Assembly: GCA_963720545.1 (NCBI GenBank) | Contig: OY970399.1 | Span: 3,520,001-3,584,000 of the forward strand | Origin: an uncultured Acidobacteriota bacterium | GTDB lineage: Bacteria; Acidobacteriota; Vicinamibacteria; Fen-336 | Reading direction: 5' to 3' | Length of the DNA: 64,000 bases | Shown: one piece after another, positions 10,013-20,117 of the stretch | How the letters are laid out: the number at the start of each line of letters is the position of its first letter | How positions within the stretch are numbered: the stretch's first letter is position 1 | Made by a program: the position numbers and the translations under genes | The notes under the pieces: generated by a model | The model's input: the letters and a program-made list of their open reading frames with translations, nothing else | Told to the model about the DNA's origin: nothing | Databases searched by the model: none

Positions 10013-11002
10013 CTACTTGTTCAACACCCTCTTCGGGAACTTGGCGACGACCGTGTGGTTGGGATCGACGACGTTGGCGACGCGCACCACGCCGGCCTGC
10101 GACACGACCTGGTACGCCTCCATCTTGTCGAAGCCGTAATCGGCGACCAGCCACTCGATGAGTTCGACGTACGCGATGCGTAGCGCGTCGAGCGTGGGCC
10201 GGATGCTTGCGGCGACCATCATGTAGTCGTTGTTCTCGATCCGCGGCCAGCGGATCTTCCGGCCTTTCTGCAGCTCGAACTGAAACGTGACGTCGGCGGT
10301 CGATTCGAGGCCCGAGCCGACAATTTCGCCGTCGCCTTGCAGAGCATGAAAGTCGCCAAAGTAGAAGAGGCCGCCATCGTGAAACACGGGCAGGTACACC
10401 GTAGCGCCTTCGCAAACGTCGGAGGCGTCGAGGTTGCCGCCGAAATCACCGGGCCACAGCCCGCCCCAGGCTTCCTCACCGGCCGGCGCCACCGCCACGC
10501 GTCCGAGCATCCCGTGGAGCGGCAGCTCGACGCGCTTGATGGCGGACTTCGGCGTTTCGAGGATGCCGACCATCCGCTGGCGGTCGAGTTTCCAGACGAA
10601 GCGTCGCGCCGGCAGTGGATCATTGAGCATACGAGTGCGGTTGTCGGCCGCCACGCCGCTGATGCCATTGGGCGTGACATTCGAGATAGCAGTGTCCCGA
10701 TTCGGCGCCAGCTTGAGAATGCGCACCACCAGAGTGTCTCCAGGTGCCGCGCCCTCGATGAAGAAGGGACCCACCTCGCCCGGCCACGGTCCGGCCGTGT
10801 CGGCGTCGTAGTAGTCGCCAGCCTTGGAGAAGGTCTGCGTCACCACGGTATCTCCCGGCTTCACGCGCAACACGGGCTCACGCACGGTGAACGTCTGCAC
10901 ACCGGCTGTCGCCTTGAAGGTGTGTTGCTCGCACACCGCCGCTTGCGGAAACGCCAGCCCGACGAACGCGACCACCCACACGCGGCTAGCAGCTGTCTTC
11001 AT
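10013..11002 (-). CDS. Acetamidase/formamidase family protein, secreted
   Basis: GPFFIEGAAPGDTLVVRI, PGDFGGNLD, GDFHALQGDGE. Signal peptide and GGAG RBS. Confidence 0.92.
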   Translation of the reverse strand: MKTAASRVWVVAFVGLAFPQAAVCEQHTFKATAGVQTFTVREPVLRVKPGDTVVTQTFSKAGDYYDADTAGPWPGEVGPFFIEGAAPGDTLVVRILKLAPNRDTAISNVTPNGISGVAADNRTRMLNDPLPARRFVWKLDRQRMVGILETPKSAIKRVELPLHGMLGRVAVAPAGEEAWGGLWPGDFGGNLDASDVCEGATVYLPVFHDGGLFYFGDFHALQGDGEIVGSGLESTADVTFQFELQKGRKIRWPRIENNDYMMVAASIRPTLDALRIAYVELIEWLVADYGFDKMEAYQVVSQAGVVRVANVVDPNHTVVAKFPKRVLNK

Positions 11003-11029
11003 GAAGTCTCCCTCGCTACTTGACCCGCG

Positions 11030-11776
11030 CTATGCCTCATTGTGCATGACCTCATTCCACAGCACGCGCTTCCAGCGCGGGTATGAGGCTGGCTGGTATT
11101 CGAATCGGCCGACAGCGCAATTTCGGATCTTCTCGGACTTGTAGAGCTCGACGACGCCGTCCTCGTCAAGCCGCTGCAGGTGAAACGCGAACGTCACGAT
11201 CGTCACGGCGTGCGACACGATCAGGACGTGCGCTCCGTGGCGATTCGGCTGGAACAGCTTGCCGAGAAACATGTAGGTGCGCTGGCAAACGTCCGCCCAG
11301 CTGTCGCCATTGTCGGGGCGTGTATAGAACTTGCCGGAGTTCTTGCGATGCGCCTCGAAGCGCGCGGTCGCCGCCTCGAAGTGCGGGGCCGTTTCGTCGA
11401 GCGCGTTGACGACGTCGGCGTAGCCGAAGTCCTGCTCGCGCAGTAGGATGTCGCGCCGCCCTTCTGGCTCGCCCAGCCGCTCCCGCCAAGCCGGTGGAAA
11501 CCCCGAGATCAGGCCCTCCTTGGTTTCAACGGTTCGCTTGTAGGGACTGAAGTACGCATAGTCAAAACCGCCTGGAATCCGTTGCGCCAGGGCGGTTCCG
11601 GTCGCGCGTGCCTGACGACGTCCAAGCTCAGTCAGCGGCACCTTGTGGTTGGGTGTTCCGCGTAAAGAAGCCGGAACGGCATGCACAGATTCGGGATCAT
11701 GCAGGTTCGATTCCGACTGGCCATGGCGAACCAGCGTGATGGACGCCGGCCGGTACTGACTCGCCTGAACTTCCAT
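11030..11776 (-). CDS. Histidine phosphatase (phosphoglycerate mutase) family protein
   Basis: LVRHGQS, FSPYKRTVET, LREQDFG, IVSHA. Confidence 0.92.
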   Translation of the reverse strand: MEVQASQYRPASITLVRHGQSESNLHDPESVHAVPASLRGTPNHKVPLTELGRRQARATGTALAQRIPGGFDYAYFSPYKRTVETKEGLISGFPPAWRERLGEPEGRRDILLREQDFGYADVVNALDETAPHFEAATARFEAHRKNSGKFYTRPDNGDSWADVCQRTYMFLGKLFQPNRHGAHVLIVSHAVTIVTFAFHLQRLDEDGVVELYKSEKIRNCAVGRFEYQPASYPRWKRVLWNEVMHNEA

Positions 11777-11963
11777 TTCCGAGAGCTCTCTGCCGCCAGA
11801 CTATAGCTCCCTGCGCCGCTCGGAACGTTCGGTCCAGTTACGTCAGCGGCGGGGCATGAGGTTGAGCGCCAGCGTTCCGTTCGACTTCGTGAATTGCAAG
11901 TGTGGCCAGACCCTTGAAGCACATTTGCTGGCGTCCTCGCTAGAACTCGCTGACGTCACACTA

Positions 11964-13010
11964 TTAAGCCCGGTGGCGACGGGAAAAAAGTGGTGACGGG
12001 GGAGAGTGAGATTGGAGCCGGCGTGAGTTCTCTCCGACGACGGCGTACATCGCGCCAGGAATAATGATCAGCGACAGTGGCACCAGAAAATGACGCGTCT
12101 CCGCCGGAGTCGAGATCAGGAACTGGGTCAGGGTCCATATCGGCACCATGGTTGCTCCAAGGAGTTTCAACTCGAAGGGCCAGCGGCGCCAGCTCATGAT
12201 TGCAAGCACCGGCATCACGGTGAAGGTTGCTATGAAACGCCACCACGTGCGGGGCATCGTGAGGTTGTCGCGGAGCGCAACCCACCCCAATGCGGAGCCG
12301 GATGCGGTATGAGGGCCACCGTAGCCTAGATACCAGCGAAGGGTCAGCAGGATCGCGATGTGCAGGAGCAGAGCAACGAAACCGACAACTATCGCTCGAC
12401 GGCGATGCTCCCGCACCGAGACTAGTCCGAACACGCACAGAAACGCGGGCACCAGAATGCTGGTTTCACGGTTTAAGGCTCCAAGAATTGACAGTGGGAT
12501 TATCGCGAGATACCAACCGTCCACGAGGAGCAAACCGGCCGTTAGGTAGACGATCGCATCTCCATAAGTGTTGAAGGACAGGTCGCTGTTGTAGAACATT
12601 TGTCCCATCGACCATGCGAGGCAACTCAAGGCGAGCAAGATCCGCGAGTCGGACAATCCAAGCCGCCGGTACCAAGCGGTGGCCAACAAAAATATTGCGA
12701 TGTTTTGAACCACGCGAACTCCCCAGAAGCCCGTGACGTAGGGGTCCTTCGCACCAATCACGTCACGCGAGACCCTGACGGCTCCGGAAGCGACCCATTC
12801 CGAAAGCACCCTGTAGCGCCAAGGGTTCGGTGCCTTGCCTTTCATGACTTGGCTGTGGCGAAATACTTGAACGTCCATCGGTGTGACGAGAAACTGCGCA
12901 CGAACCAACATCGTTCCCAAGCCTGCTGCCAAGAAGAAGTACAAAACCCGACGAAGCCACCTCGTGCGCCTACTGTCGTTCTCGGCTAGGCCAGCCTTAG
13001 TTGGGAGCAT
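11964..13010 (-). CDS. Polytopic membrane protein, possibly GT-C-like
   Basis: Many TM segments, PWRYRVL and LNRET motifs. Lower GC than the flanks. Confidence 0.65.
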   Translation of the reverse strand: MLPTKAGLAENDSRRTRWLRRVLYFFLAAGLGTMLVRAQFLVTPMDVQVFRHSQVMKGKAPNPWRYRVLSEWVASGAVRVSRDVIGAKDPYVTGFWGVRVVQNIAIFLLATAWYRRLGLSDSRILLALSCLAWSMGQMFYNSDLSFNTYGDAIVYLTAGLLLVDGWYLAIIPLSILGALNRETSILVPAFLCVFGLVSVREHRRRAIVVGFVALLLHIAILLTLRWYLGYGGPHTASGSALGWVALRDNLTMPRTWWRFIATFTVMPVLAIMSWRRWPFELKLLGATMVPIWTLTQFLISTPAETRHFLVPLSLIIIPGAMYAVVGENSRRLQSHSPPSPLFSRRHRA

Positions 13011-14004
13011 CGCACCTAGAACAGCTGCCGTGCCACCGAACTTGCTGGGGCGTGCATGCAGCGCGCGCGTTCCACGGATCGGTGGCCCACGCCTTCCTGG
13101 GCTGTTCGGTACCCGATCCGAAACCGCGATATGAACACTTTCCAGGTGCGACTAATATGCCGGTTTCATCGCATTCAATGCCTATTCCGTCGCCGTCGGC
13201 GTCCGAACCAGTAACGCCGAGGATTACGCGGCAGTGAGGGGCGGAGCACACTAGTCCCGACCCCTGGCCTACTTTGCAGACGGGAGCACTATTGACGCCC
13301 GTGAAATCCTTGCTTGCCGACGCAGCCGCGCCGTGTGAGTCAGTAACGGTCACCTGTGCCGAGTAAGTTCCAAGCGTGGTAACAATACACGTTGATGTTT
13401 GATCAGCCCCTGAAGCGCAGCCGAGCCAGCGGTAAGCGATGGGATCTCGATCTGGATCGCTCGCACTGGCACTGATTGCGAGGGTGCACGGGCTGGTTGG
13501 TGTTGGGTGGCAAGCGACTTCGCTGGAATTGATCTCGACTTTGGGTGCTTCATTGTGCGTAGGCGCGGCCGTGGGCTCTGGCGTGGGCTTGGGGGTCGGC
13601 GGCTTGCCGCCCGTAGTTCGGTCGACGCTGATCTTTGCTGTACCCGTCACGGTCGCGTTCTTCGTGTCACTGACGATCACGCTGATGGTGTCGGTGCCGG
13701 CCGTGCCGTTGTTCAGGTACTGCGCGCGGCCCGGCTGGCTCGAATCGGGGATTGCGAATACGCCGTGCGTCGCGTGGAACGTATAGAAGAGACGATCGTC
13801 TTCAGGATCTCGCGCGGTCACCACTACCATCGCCGATCCCCCGGGGGTTATTGCATTGGGCTCGACACTGACACCCTGAATGGCCGGTGAACGATTTCCC
13901 GCTGGCCCGGTCGGCAGTGTCGCGCCACCGCCACAGGCGAATGCGGTCGCCAATGCAAACCCGACAAGCCACACGAACGCACAGCGTCTGAGCTCCTGAG
14001 CCAT
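12997..14004 (-). CDS. Lipoprotein with tandem Ig-like/PKD-type repeats and a Pro/Thr linker
   Basis: Lipobox AFAC. Repeats NRSP...ARDPEDD, NEAP...ASDPDRD and NSAP...GSDADGD. PTPKPTPEPT linker and Cys-rich C-terminus. Confidence 0.7.
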   Translation of the reverse strand: MAQELRRCAFVWLVGFALATAFACGGGATLPTGPAGNRSPAIQGVSVEPNAITPGGSAMVVVTARDPEDDRLFYTFHATHGVFAIPDSSQPGRAQYLNNGTAGTDTISVIVSDTKNATVTGTAKISVDRTTGGKPPTPKPTPEPTAAPTHNEAPKVEINSSEVACHPTPTSPCTLAISASASDPDRDPIAYRWLGCASGADQTSTCIVTTLGTYSAQVTVTDSHGAAASASKDFTGVNSAPVCKVGQGSGLVCSAPHCRVILGVTGSDADGDGIGIECDETGILVAPGKCSYRGFGSGTEQPRKAWATDPWNARAACTPQQVRWHGSCSRCDAPN

Positions 14005-14247
14005 TTTTCGCCTGCCTTCCATCCGGGACTCCCAGATTTCGTCTGGGTCGCCAAAACCGCGCCTATTGTAAGCACGTAACGATCGCAAGCCACGTGCCGC
14101 GCAGTCGTCTGCGAGCGCGCCTGGATAAGGGCGTGGGTAAGCGTCCTGGTTTCAGTTGATTACGGGCTATTCTCGCTCGATTCGCGCACCGCGGCGCCTC
14201 GACCGACGCCACAGAACTGCTGGGCGGCACGCGTCCACGCCCATCAT

Positions 14248-15183
14248 CTACTGCATCCAGAGCTTGTGGCTTCTCCAGATGAACGTCTGCACGTCGATGA
14301 AGTCGACGGCTCCATGGGGGCGAAGCCGGGTGAGCAGGTCGTTGCCCAGAGTCATCAGGCGTTCGTACGTCTGCCACTGCGGCCGAGTCTCGTAGAGCAG
14401 GTCATAGTTGAGGCCGGCGGCGATCGCCTGCGTTGCCATCGGCTTGAGGAACATCACCCGCGTCGGTGCGGCGATGAACGGAACGAGTGTGGTGATCGTC
14501 CACTTGTCGACTGCGCTCTTGCCCTTGGCGGTGGGGAGGCTCGCAACCGCGTCAGACAGGTCGTCGAACAAGCCTTCATCGGGATCGGAGTCGATGAACG
14601 CGAAGAGCGCCTCGGCGTAGTGGCCGGTCGAAGGACCATCGGTCAAGCCGTCGTTGAACGCCGCCAGCTCGATCCACGTCGCAAGGTTGATGCTGCCGGC
14701 GATTTCGCCAAGGTGCTCGGCCAGCACATCGGTCTTGCCGGCTTTCAGCAGCGAAGCGCCCTTGCCGTCGCCGAGCAGTTCGACATACAGCGCGTGCGCC
14801 TTGTCTTTGTAGGCGCGCTCCTCCTCGAGATACTTCTTGTCGGCGAAGAGCGCCGGGTACTCGTGCGTGAAGATGGTGAGCGCCTGGTCGAAGGGCAGCG
14901 CCGACGTCGCGTCGGCACCTTCGGCCGTTCCTGCCTTGCGGGCCCGACGTCCCGCACGTGCGGTGCGGGCTTCGAGAATGCGGTCGGCCTGGTCCTCAAG
15001 CGCCACCAGGCCGGCGGTCGCCACGGACATCCTCTTGGTCGCTTCAAGCTCCGGAAGATCGCGAAACAAGACCGTGGCATACGGCCCGTCACGCTTCAGG
15101 ATTTTCCCGGGACCCCAGGACGGCATGCGGGGATTGGTGACGAGGATCCCCGGACCAAGCTCGAGACTTTCACCGTTGGTCAT
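14248..15183 (-). CDS. DUF3553-like N-terminal domain protein with a helical C-terminal domain (IDVQTFIW)
   Basis: VTNPRMPSWGPGKI SH3-like start, YLEEERAYK, KWTITT, FLKP, DFIDVQTFIW. Confidence 0.7.
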   Translation of the reverse strand: MTNGESLELGPGILVTNPRMPSWGPGKILKRDGPYATVLFRDLPELEATKRMSVATAGLVALEDQADRILEARTARAGRRARKAGTAEGADATSALPFDQALTIFTHEYPALFADKKYLEEERAYKDKAHALYVELLGDGKGASLLKAGKTDVLAEHLGEIAGSINLATWIELAAFNDGLTDGPSTGHYAEALFAFIDSDPDEGLFDDLSDAVASLPTAKGKSAVDKWTITTLVPFIAAPTRVMFLKPMATQAIAAGLNYDLLYETRPQWQTYERLMTLGNDLLTRLRPHGAVDFIDVQTFIWRSHKLWMQ

Positions 15184-15274
15184 TGATTGGGCACCCCTTG
15201 GAGCCAGTCAAGGATAGCCCGGTACGGGCAGCACGCGTGCCGATGCCCAAAAACACGCCGTATACTGCCCCTCG

Positions 15275-17482
15275 ATGACTCAGGGGCTCTACCTCGGCAA
15301 GGAATACGACCCCGCCACCAAGGCGCTTGGCGACAAGGTGGAGCTGGACCCGGCTGACCTGCTGACGCACGGGCTGATCGTCGGCATGACCGGCTCGGGC
15401 AAGACCGGCCTCGCCATCGCCCTTATAGAAGAGGTGCTGCGCCAGGGCATCAGCGTCCTTGCCATCGACCCGAAGGGCGACCTTGGCAACCTCCTGCTGC
15501 AGTTTCCCGGCCTGAGCAAGGAAGAGTTCGCGCCCTGGATCGACGAGGAGACCGCGAAGCGTGCGGGGCAGACCAAGGACCAGGCCGCGGAGGAAGCGGC
15601 CGCCACCTGGACCAAGGGCCTCGCCGACTGGGGCCTCGGCAAGGACGACATCGCCAAGCTGAAGGCTAGCCACGAAGCCACCATCTACACGCCCGGCTCG
15701 ACCGCGGGCGTGCCGCTCAACATCCTCCAATCACTCGACGCACCGGCGACGAAGTTCGAGGATGCGGCGGAAGATCTGCGCGACGAGATCGCCGGCATCG
15801 TCAGCGGCATTCTCGGCCTGTTGAAGATCGACGCCGATCCGCTGCAGAGCAGGGAGTACATCCTTCTCTCGAACATCATCGAGAACGCATGGCGCAAGGG
15901 CCAGGGCTTGAGCCTCGAGGGGCTCATCACCGCGGTCGCCGATCCGCCTTTCGACAAGGTCGGCGCACTGCCGCTCGAGTCGGTGTTCAAGCGCAAGGAC
16001 CGCCAGGCGCTGATGACCTCGCTCAACAACCTGCTTGCGGCGCCAAGCTTCGAGGTGTGGCGCACCGGCGAGCCGCTGGACATGGAGCGGATGCTGGGTG
16101 GCGACAAGACGCGCTTGTCGGTCGTGTACACCGCTCACCTCTCGGACGAGGAGCGCCTGTTCGTGACGGCGCTGCTGCTCGACAAGGTGAAGACGTGGAT
16201 GCGCCGCCAGGGCGGCACCAGCGAACTGCGCGCCCTCGTCTACATGGACGAGATCTTCGGCTACTTCCCGCCGCACCCAGCGAACCCGCCCACCAAGCGG
16301 CCGCTGTTGACGCTGCTGAAGCAGGCGCGCGCGCAGGGCGTGGGCATCGTGCTCGCAACGCAGAACCCGGTGGACATCGATTACAAGGGCCTGTCGAACA
16401 TGGGCACGTGGATGGTGGGCACGCTGCAGACGGAGCAGGACCGCGCCCGCTTGCGCGAAGGCTTGCTCGGCGCCGGCGTCACCGCCGCCTCGTTGGACAA
16501 GCAACTCGACGCGACAAAGAAGCGAGTCTTCTTCCTGCACGACGTGCATCGCAAGGCAACGTGCCTCCTCAACTCACGCTTTGCAATGTCCTACCTCCGC
16601 GGCCCGTTGACCCGCGACGAGATCCGAGTGCTGACGCAGGCGATCCCCCCGCGTGTTCCCGAGGGTCCCGGTCGTTCTGCGGCGCCGAAGGACCTCGCCT
16701 CCGGCCCCCCCATCCTCCCGTCCCCCTTCACCCACTCCTACTACTCCAAATACGGCGGCCAAGTCGCCGACCCGCACCTCTTTGTAAAGTACGCCGCCGT
16801 CTACAAAGGAGTGCCGGAGATCGTCGCGTGCCGCGCGTACCCCCTCACCGGGGCATCGCCCATGGAGATGCTCGAAGGCACGCCGCTGGATATCGACGAA
16901 GCAAAGCTGTCGGCCACCATGCCGTCTGGTTTGCGTTTCTCCGATTTGCCGCCGTACGTCTCCGAAGGCGGCGCGCGCGCAATCGAGAAGGCCCTTCGCG
17001 ACCGCCTCGACGACAAACTGAGCGTGACGGTCTTCTACGACCCGGTCACCAAGACAACCTCTGCGCCAGGCGAAACCCGCGAAATGTTCGCCGCCGCCAT
17101 TGCCAGCACAGGTGGGGGAGCCAAGACCCAGGCTCTCCGCGACAAGCTGGAAAAGAAGAAGGCCGATCTCGCCCAGAAACAGCAGGAGGTCCAGGGCCGC
17201 AAGAGCGAAAAGTGGATGGCCATCGGCGGTGCCGTCTTGTCGAACGTCGGCATCCTGTTTGGCCGCAAGCGCTCCATCACCCTGGGCGGCGCAAACACGG
17301 CCATGACCAAGAACCGGATGGAGAACACGGCCGAAGCGCAGGTCGAAGGCCTGCAGGCAGAAATCAAAGACCTGGAAGCTCAGTTGGCGACGGGATCCGC
17401 ATCCGATCCGTCGCGCTTCGAAGAAAAGACGATGGCACCGTCCGTCAAATTGCTTCGCTACGACGCGGTCTGGGTCTACTGA
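15275..17482 (+). CDS. HerA/FtsK-like (DUF87/DUF853) P-loop ATPase with C-terminal coiled coil
   Basis: Walker A GMTGSGKT, IDPKGD, Walker B YMDEIFG, LATQNPVD. Confidence 0.88.
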   Translation: MTQGLYLGKEYDPATKALGDKVELDPADLLTHGLIVGMTGSGKTGLAIALIEEVLRQGISVLAIDPKGDLGNLLLQFPGLSKEEFAPWIDEETAKRAGQTKDQAAEEAAATWTKGLADWGLGKDDIAKLKASHEATIYTPGSTAGVPLNILQSLDAPATKFEDAAEDLRDEIAGIVSGILGLLKIDADPLQSREYILLSNIIENAWRKGQGLSLEGLITAVADPPFDKVGALPLESVFKRKDRQALMTSLNNLLAAPSFEVWRTGEPLDMERMLGGDKTRLSVVYTAHLSDEERLFVTALLLDKVKTWMRRQGGTSELRALVYMDEIFGYFPPHPANPPTKRPLLTLLKQARAQGVGIVLATQNPVDIDYKGLSNMGTWMVGTLQTEQDRARLREGLLGAGVTAASLDKQLDATKKRVFFLHDVHRKATCLLNSRFAMSYLRGPLTRDEIRVLTQAIPPRVPEGPGRSAAPKDLASGPPILPSPFTHSYYSKYGGQVADPHLFVKYAAVYKGVPEIVACRAYPLTGASPMEMLEGTPLDIDEAKLSATMPSGLRFSDLPPYVSEGGARAIEKALRDRLDDKLSVTVFYDPVTKTTSAPGETREMFAAAIASTGGGAKTQALRDKLEKKKADLAQKQQEVQGRKSEKWMAIGGAVLSNVGILFGRKRSITLGGANTAMTKNRMENTAEAQVEGLQAEIKDLEAQLATGSASDPSRFEEKTMAPSVKLLRYDAVWVY

Positions 17483-17568
17483 CCGCGTCCGATCAGCACT
17501 CAGGCCACGAATGCGAGCCTACGTCGCGGATTGCGCGCGTCGGTGGTGGCGACGAGCGCAGCAGGACG

Positions 17569-19116
17569 TCAATTTGCGAGCTGATAGAGAAACCGCACAA
17601 ACGACAGCGCGGCATCGTCCATGCCGGCGATCTTCGGATCGCTGCTCTCGATCAGGAAGAATTCGTCCGGTGCATGCGCGCCGGTGCCGTAGCCCAAGCC
17701 GAAGCCGCCCGCCGGTAGATTCAGCGGCGGTCCGGTGAAGCGCACACCCGGCCAGGATCCCGCCATCCGGGGATTGATCGACGTGACGATTCCCAGGTCC
17801 TTGTATGTGGCGATCTGTGCCTGGACCAGCTTGCTGTTCTCCTCGGTTTCCGTAGGGTCGTAACCGCCCGTCACGTTGATCTCGATGTCAGTAAAGCCGC
17901 GCTTGTCGAGATGCGCCCGCAGTTTGCGCTTCGCTTCTTCGATCGTCATGTTCGGCACCAGGCGACAGTCGATCTTCGCCACCGCGCGGCCCGGCAGGAT
18001 CGTCTTGCCGCCCGGTCCGGTATAGCCAGCGACGAGCCCTTCGATGTTGATCGTCGGCTCCGCCGCCAGCCGCTCCATTGCCTTGCCGAACGGCAGGTCG
18101 TCGATCCAATGGGAGATGCCCATCTCCTTCATCTCCGCCGCCTCATTCCGGACACCGACGGATTGCGCGATCAGCTCCTTCTGCCTCGCCGTCAGCGGCG
18201 CTACGTGCTCGTACCAGCCGTCCACCGCCGGTTTGTTGCCGTCCGGCGTCACCAGCGTCTGCAGCGCTGCGACCAGGCGCCAGACCGGGCTATCCACGGC
18301 CGCCTTCAAACTCGAGTGCAGGTCCTGGCGCGGCCCGCGGCCCCACTTGGCGCCGCTCGAGACCAGCTCCAGCTCCGCAATGCCCTTCGCGCCAAGCTCG
18401 ACGCTCACGCCACCGGTCGTGTCCTGGCTGGCGGAGGGCAGCATGATGCCCACGGTCTTCTTCAGTGCCGCGAGAATGTTCGCGCGATTGACGATCTCGC
18501 CGAAATGCGGCGAGCCGATTTCTTCCTCTCCTTCCGCCACCAGCACCAGATTGACCGGCAGCTTGCGTCCGGCATCCTGCATCGCATGCAGCGCGGCGAG
18601 CAACGTGGCCTCCGGCCCCTTCTGGTTCACCGCGCCGCGCCCCATGACGATCTTGCCCATGCCGGGCTTGTCGATCAGCCGCGCCTCCAGCGGAGGTGAC
18701 GACCACTCCTTGGGGTCGAACTGTTTCACGTCGTACATGAAGTAGACGCCCAAGGTCTTGGGCGCGCCGGCATCGAGCGTCGCGAACACGCCGGGCATGC
18801 CAGTCGTCGGCACCACTTCGACCTTCTGGAACCCCGCATCGCGCGCGAGCTGCGCCATGTGCTCGGCGCCTTCCTTCGGCGCGCGGTTCTCCGCTGCGAC
18901 CGAGGGCAGGGCAATCCAGTCCTGCAATCGCTTCACCGCCGCGGCGTGGTTCTTGGCAAGAGCCGCCTTCACATCCGCAAGATCATCCGCCGCAAAGGCG
19001 ACCCTGGGCGCCACCATGGCCGTGGCCGCGGCCGCGGCCGCGGCCGCACAGCCAAGCAAGAGTCTGCGGCGGAAAACGCCTGCGAATGCAAATGTCGGCA
19101 TCTGACACTCCCCCAT
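17569..19116 (-). CDS. M20/M25/M40 family metallopeptidase, probably Tat-exported
   Basis: RRRLL signal, MYDV, GRGAVNQKG, EGEEEIGS, AHAPDE. Confidence 0.92.
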   Translation of the reverse strand: MGECQMPTFAFAGVFRRRLLLGCAAAAAAAATAMVAPRVAFAADDLADVKAALAKNHAAAVKRLQDWIALPSVAAENRAPKEGAEHMAQLARDAGFQKVEVVPTTGMPGVFATLDAGAPKTLGVYFMYDVKQFDPKEWSSPPLEARLIDKPGMGKIVMGRGAVNQKGPEATLLAALHAMQDAGRKLPVNLVLVAEGEEEIGSPHFGEIVNRANILAALKKTVGIMLPSASQDTTGGVSVELGAKGIAELELVSSGAKWGRGPRQDLHSSLKAAVDSPVWRLVAALQTLVTPDGNKPAVDGWYEHVAPLTARQKELIAQSVGVRNEAAEMKEMGISHWIDDLPFGKAMERLAAEPTINIEGLVAGYTGPGGKTILPGRAVAKIDCRLVPNMTIEEAKRKLRAHLDKRGFTDIEINVTGGYDPTETEENSKLVQAQIATYKDLGIVTSINPRMAGSWPGVRFTGPPLNLPAGGFGLGYGTGAHAPDEFFLIESSDPKIAGMDDAALSFVRFLYQLAN

Positions 19117-19232
19117 GTTTCACGCAAATCGCCTTGTGCGTCGAAGAGTGGAGCGTAAGTGAAAAGGGTGACGTTGGCCAGTGACCGCCCAATGTATCGA
19201 GCGTGAAAGGCGTGAGGAGCTAAGCTCCGCAC

Positions 19233-20117
19233 ATGCAGAAAACACTTCGGATTCTTCCGCTCGTAGCGTTCTGTGCTACCGCCACTGCGGCGGCGGCGCC
19301 TCCTGCCAAGGACAACGCTGCGCACAAAGCGCATGAGGAGTATGTCGCCGCCATCAATTCGAACAACCTCGACACGCTGCTCGGCATGCTCACCGAGGAC
19401 GTTGTGTATATGGCAGCGCATGAGGCGCCCATGGTGGGGAAGGCCGCGGTGAAGCCGTGGGTTGACGGCTATTTCAAGGCGTTCAAGACGCACTGGGAGA
19501 AGCCGGTGCAGGAGTTTGTCGTTATGGACAGCGAATGGGCGTTTGAGCGCTACTCGTACAAGTCGACGGACACGCCCGTCGGCGGTGGTGGCGCCGTGAG
19601 CGATACCGGATGGGGACTCGCGATCTACCATCACGACAAGGACGGCAAGTGGCGGGTGGCGCGGGATTCGTGGGGGCCGGATCACCCGGCGACAGCGGTT
19701 GCGGATGCGATGGGGGGAGCGATGGACGCCGATAAGGTCAAAGACTTCGCGACTCGCTACACCAGTGCGTGGTGCAGCCAGGATCCGGCGCGGGTTGCTT
19801 CCTTCTACTCGGAGAAAGGCTCGCTCAAGATCAACGCCGGCGAGCCTGCCGTCGGGCATGACGCGATCACGGCGTCGGCGCAGGGGTTCATGCGTGCCTT
19901 TCCCGACATGGTTGTTGCGATGGATTCCGTCGGCATCGAGAACGGTCAGATGATCTTTCGCTGGACGCTGACCGGTACCAACACGGGCCCGGGTGGCACG
20001 GGTAAGGCCGTGCGAATGAGCGGCTACGAGGAGTGGACTCTCGGCGCCGACGGCCTCATCGCGCAGTCTCTCGGGCACTACGACGAAGCCGACTACGCGC
20101 GCCAGCTGGGGCGCTGA
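19233..20117 (+). CDS. Secreted two-domain NTF2-like protein (DUF4440 plus SnoaL-like)
   Basis: Signal peptide. Domain 1 ends DGKWRVARD. Domain 2 is YTSAWCSQDPARVA...GYEEW...SLGHYD. Confidence 0.85.
   Translation: MQKTLRILPLVAFCATATAAAAPPAKDNAAHKAHEEYVAAINSNNLDTLLGMLTEDVVYMAAHEAPMVGKAAVKPWVDGYFKAFKTHWEKPVQEFVVMDSEWAFERYSYKSTDTPVGGGGAVSDTGWGLAIYHHDKDGKWRVARDSWGPDHPATAVADAMGGAMDADKVKDFATRYTSAWCSQDPARVASFYSEKGSLKINAGEPAVGHDAITASAQGFMRAFPDMVVAMDSVGIENGQMIFRWTLTGTNTGPGGTGKAVRMSGYEEWTLGADGLIAQSLGHYDEADYARQLGR

Noticed and set aside
19023..19047. GCGGCC tandem repeat as a phase-variable tract
   Set aside because: It is an in-frame hexamer encoding poly-Ala in a signal peptide, so slippage would not shift the frame.
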